NCBI GenBank assembly: GCA_050875105.1
Contig: JBNMMB010000001.1
Coordinates: 12,597 to 76,596 of the forward strand
Length of the DNA: 64,000 nucleotides
Reading direction: 5' to 3'
Source of the DNA: Prevotella sp.
GTDB taxonomy: Bacteria > Bacteroidota > Bacteroidia > Bacteroidales > Bacteroidaceae
In this document: positions 63,296-64,000 of the stretch, one piece after another
Position numbering within the stretch: position 1 is the first letter of the stretch
Layout of the letters: each line of letters starts with the position of its first letter
Notes under the pieces: model-generated
Seen by the model: the letters and a program-made list of their open reading frames with translations, nothing else
Database searches by the model: none
Told to the model about the DNA's origin: nothing
Position numbers and translations under genes: made by a program

Positions 63296-64000
63296 ATGCG
63301 TTTCAACTGGAAAAAGACACTCTTGGTAACACTCGATGTGGCCCTTGGGGCATACATCGTCGTGGCGTTTGCCGCTTTCAACAAGCCGAAAGAGGAAGCG
63401 CCCGTGTGCCAAAAGGTGAGCATCGACATCCAGGACGAGACGACCAACGGTTTCATCTCTGCCGCCGAGATCAAGACACGCCTGCAAAAGGGCAACCTCT
63501 ATCCGCTCAACAAACGGATGAAGGACGTCAACGCACGCACCATCGAAGAGACGCTGCTGCAAAGCCCGTTTGTGAAGACGACCCAATGCTACAAGACGCA
63601 AGACGGAACGGTGCACATCAGCCTGACGCAACGCATGCCGACCTTGCGCATCAAGGCGGCCAACGGAGACGACTACTACCTCGACGACGACAACCGCATC
63701 ATGCCCAATTCCCACTATACCAGCGACCTCATCATTGCCACAGGACACATCAACAAGTGGTTTGCGCGCAACTATGTGGCTCATGTGGGAAACGCGTTGA
63801 TGGCAAGCGACTTCTGGAAGAACCAGATTGAACAGATCAATGTACTGCCCGACTACGGCATCGAACTGGTGCCACGCGTGGGCAACCACATCATCTACAT
63901 CGGACAGTTGCCGCAAACGTCGTACACCAACGACCGCAAGAAACTCGTGACCGACTACGTGAACACCAAGCTCGACCGCCTGGAGAAGTTCTACAAGTAT
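63296..64000 (+). CDS. ftsQ: cell-division protein FtsQ (3'-truncated by window end)
   Basis: Absent from the ORF track because the frame is open to the window end. The ATG at 63296 translates to MRFNWKKTLLVTLDVALGAYIVVAFAAFNKP... (TM helix), followed by a POTRA-like segment. Its position after murC is canonical. Confidence 0.7.
   Translation, partial: MRFNWKKTLLVTLDVALGAYIVVAFAAFNKPKEEAPVCQKVSIDIQDETTNGFISAAEIKTRLQKGNLYPLNKRMKDVNARTIEETLLQSPFVKTTQCYKTQDGTVHISLTQRMPTLRIKAANGDDYYLDDDNRIMPNSHYTSDLIIATGHINKWFARNYVAHVGNALMASDFWKNQIEQINVLPDYGIELVPRVGNHIIYIGQLPQTSYTNDRKKLVTDYVNTKLDRLEKFYKY

Overview
This 64-kb window looks like core chromosome of a high-GC Bacteroidota (Prevotellaceae-like) genome. 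The taxon call rests on gene content, TAnnTTTG -7 promoter boxes and a dcw cluster that lacks murF. Coding lines sample at about 60% GC and intergenic spacers are AT-rich. From left to right the genes are: a CHR transporter half, an EamA permease, GH43, GH27+CBM, an OmpA lipoprotein, malQ, PAP2, radC, a disrupted GT2, efp and rpmH. Next come a PASTA protein, rluD, ddl, an acyltransferase, a NigD-like lipoprotein and the divergent kbl/tdh pair. An 11-kb minus-strand arginine/proline supercluster follows (argR, GNAT, argG, pspC-like, argC, argD, proC, XRE-cupin, acyl-CoA synthetase, proB, proA, argF'). After that: a ComEA-like HhH protein, two tandem SNF transporters, VanZ, CYTH, prfB, a fadD-like ligase, an ArgE-like M20 deacylase, the dut-TPR-DUF4292-M23 operon, dgt, hlyIII, and glsB/glsA-like lipoamino-acid acyltransferases. 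The window ends with the dcw cluster mraZ-rsmH-ftsL-ftsI-murE-mraY-murD-ftsW-murG-murC-ftsQ (truncated). I recognised no rRNA, tRNA, CRISPR array, transposase, integrase or known defence system. Five signals fall outside ordinary annotation. (1) A mosaic ~385-bp inverted-repeat pair (11805-12189 and 50325-50709) brackets a 38-kb block, and each copy carries a phase-exact 22-bp dyad-repeat array. (2) A ~0.7-kb AT-rich islet (about 47.56-48.29 kb) holds a translationally coupled 41-aa plus 164-aa ORF pair of unknown function. (3) A GT2 gene is split by a single in-frame TAG. (4) A GC-rich, hairpin-dense leader of about 195 nt lies upstream of the fadD-like ligase. (5) MraZ-box-like and ARG-box-like operator repeats are present. 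Many very long ORFs in the supplied track are antisense shadow ORFs of real genes and were rejected. Several track ORFs start at TTG or GTG, or carry spurious N-terminal extensions, and were trimmed to the supported ATG.
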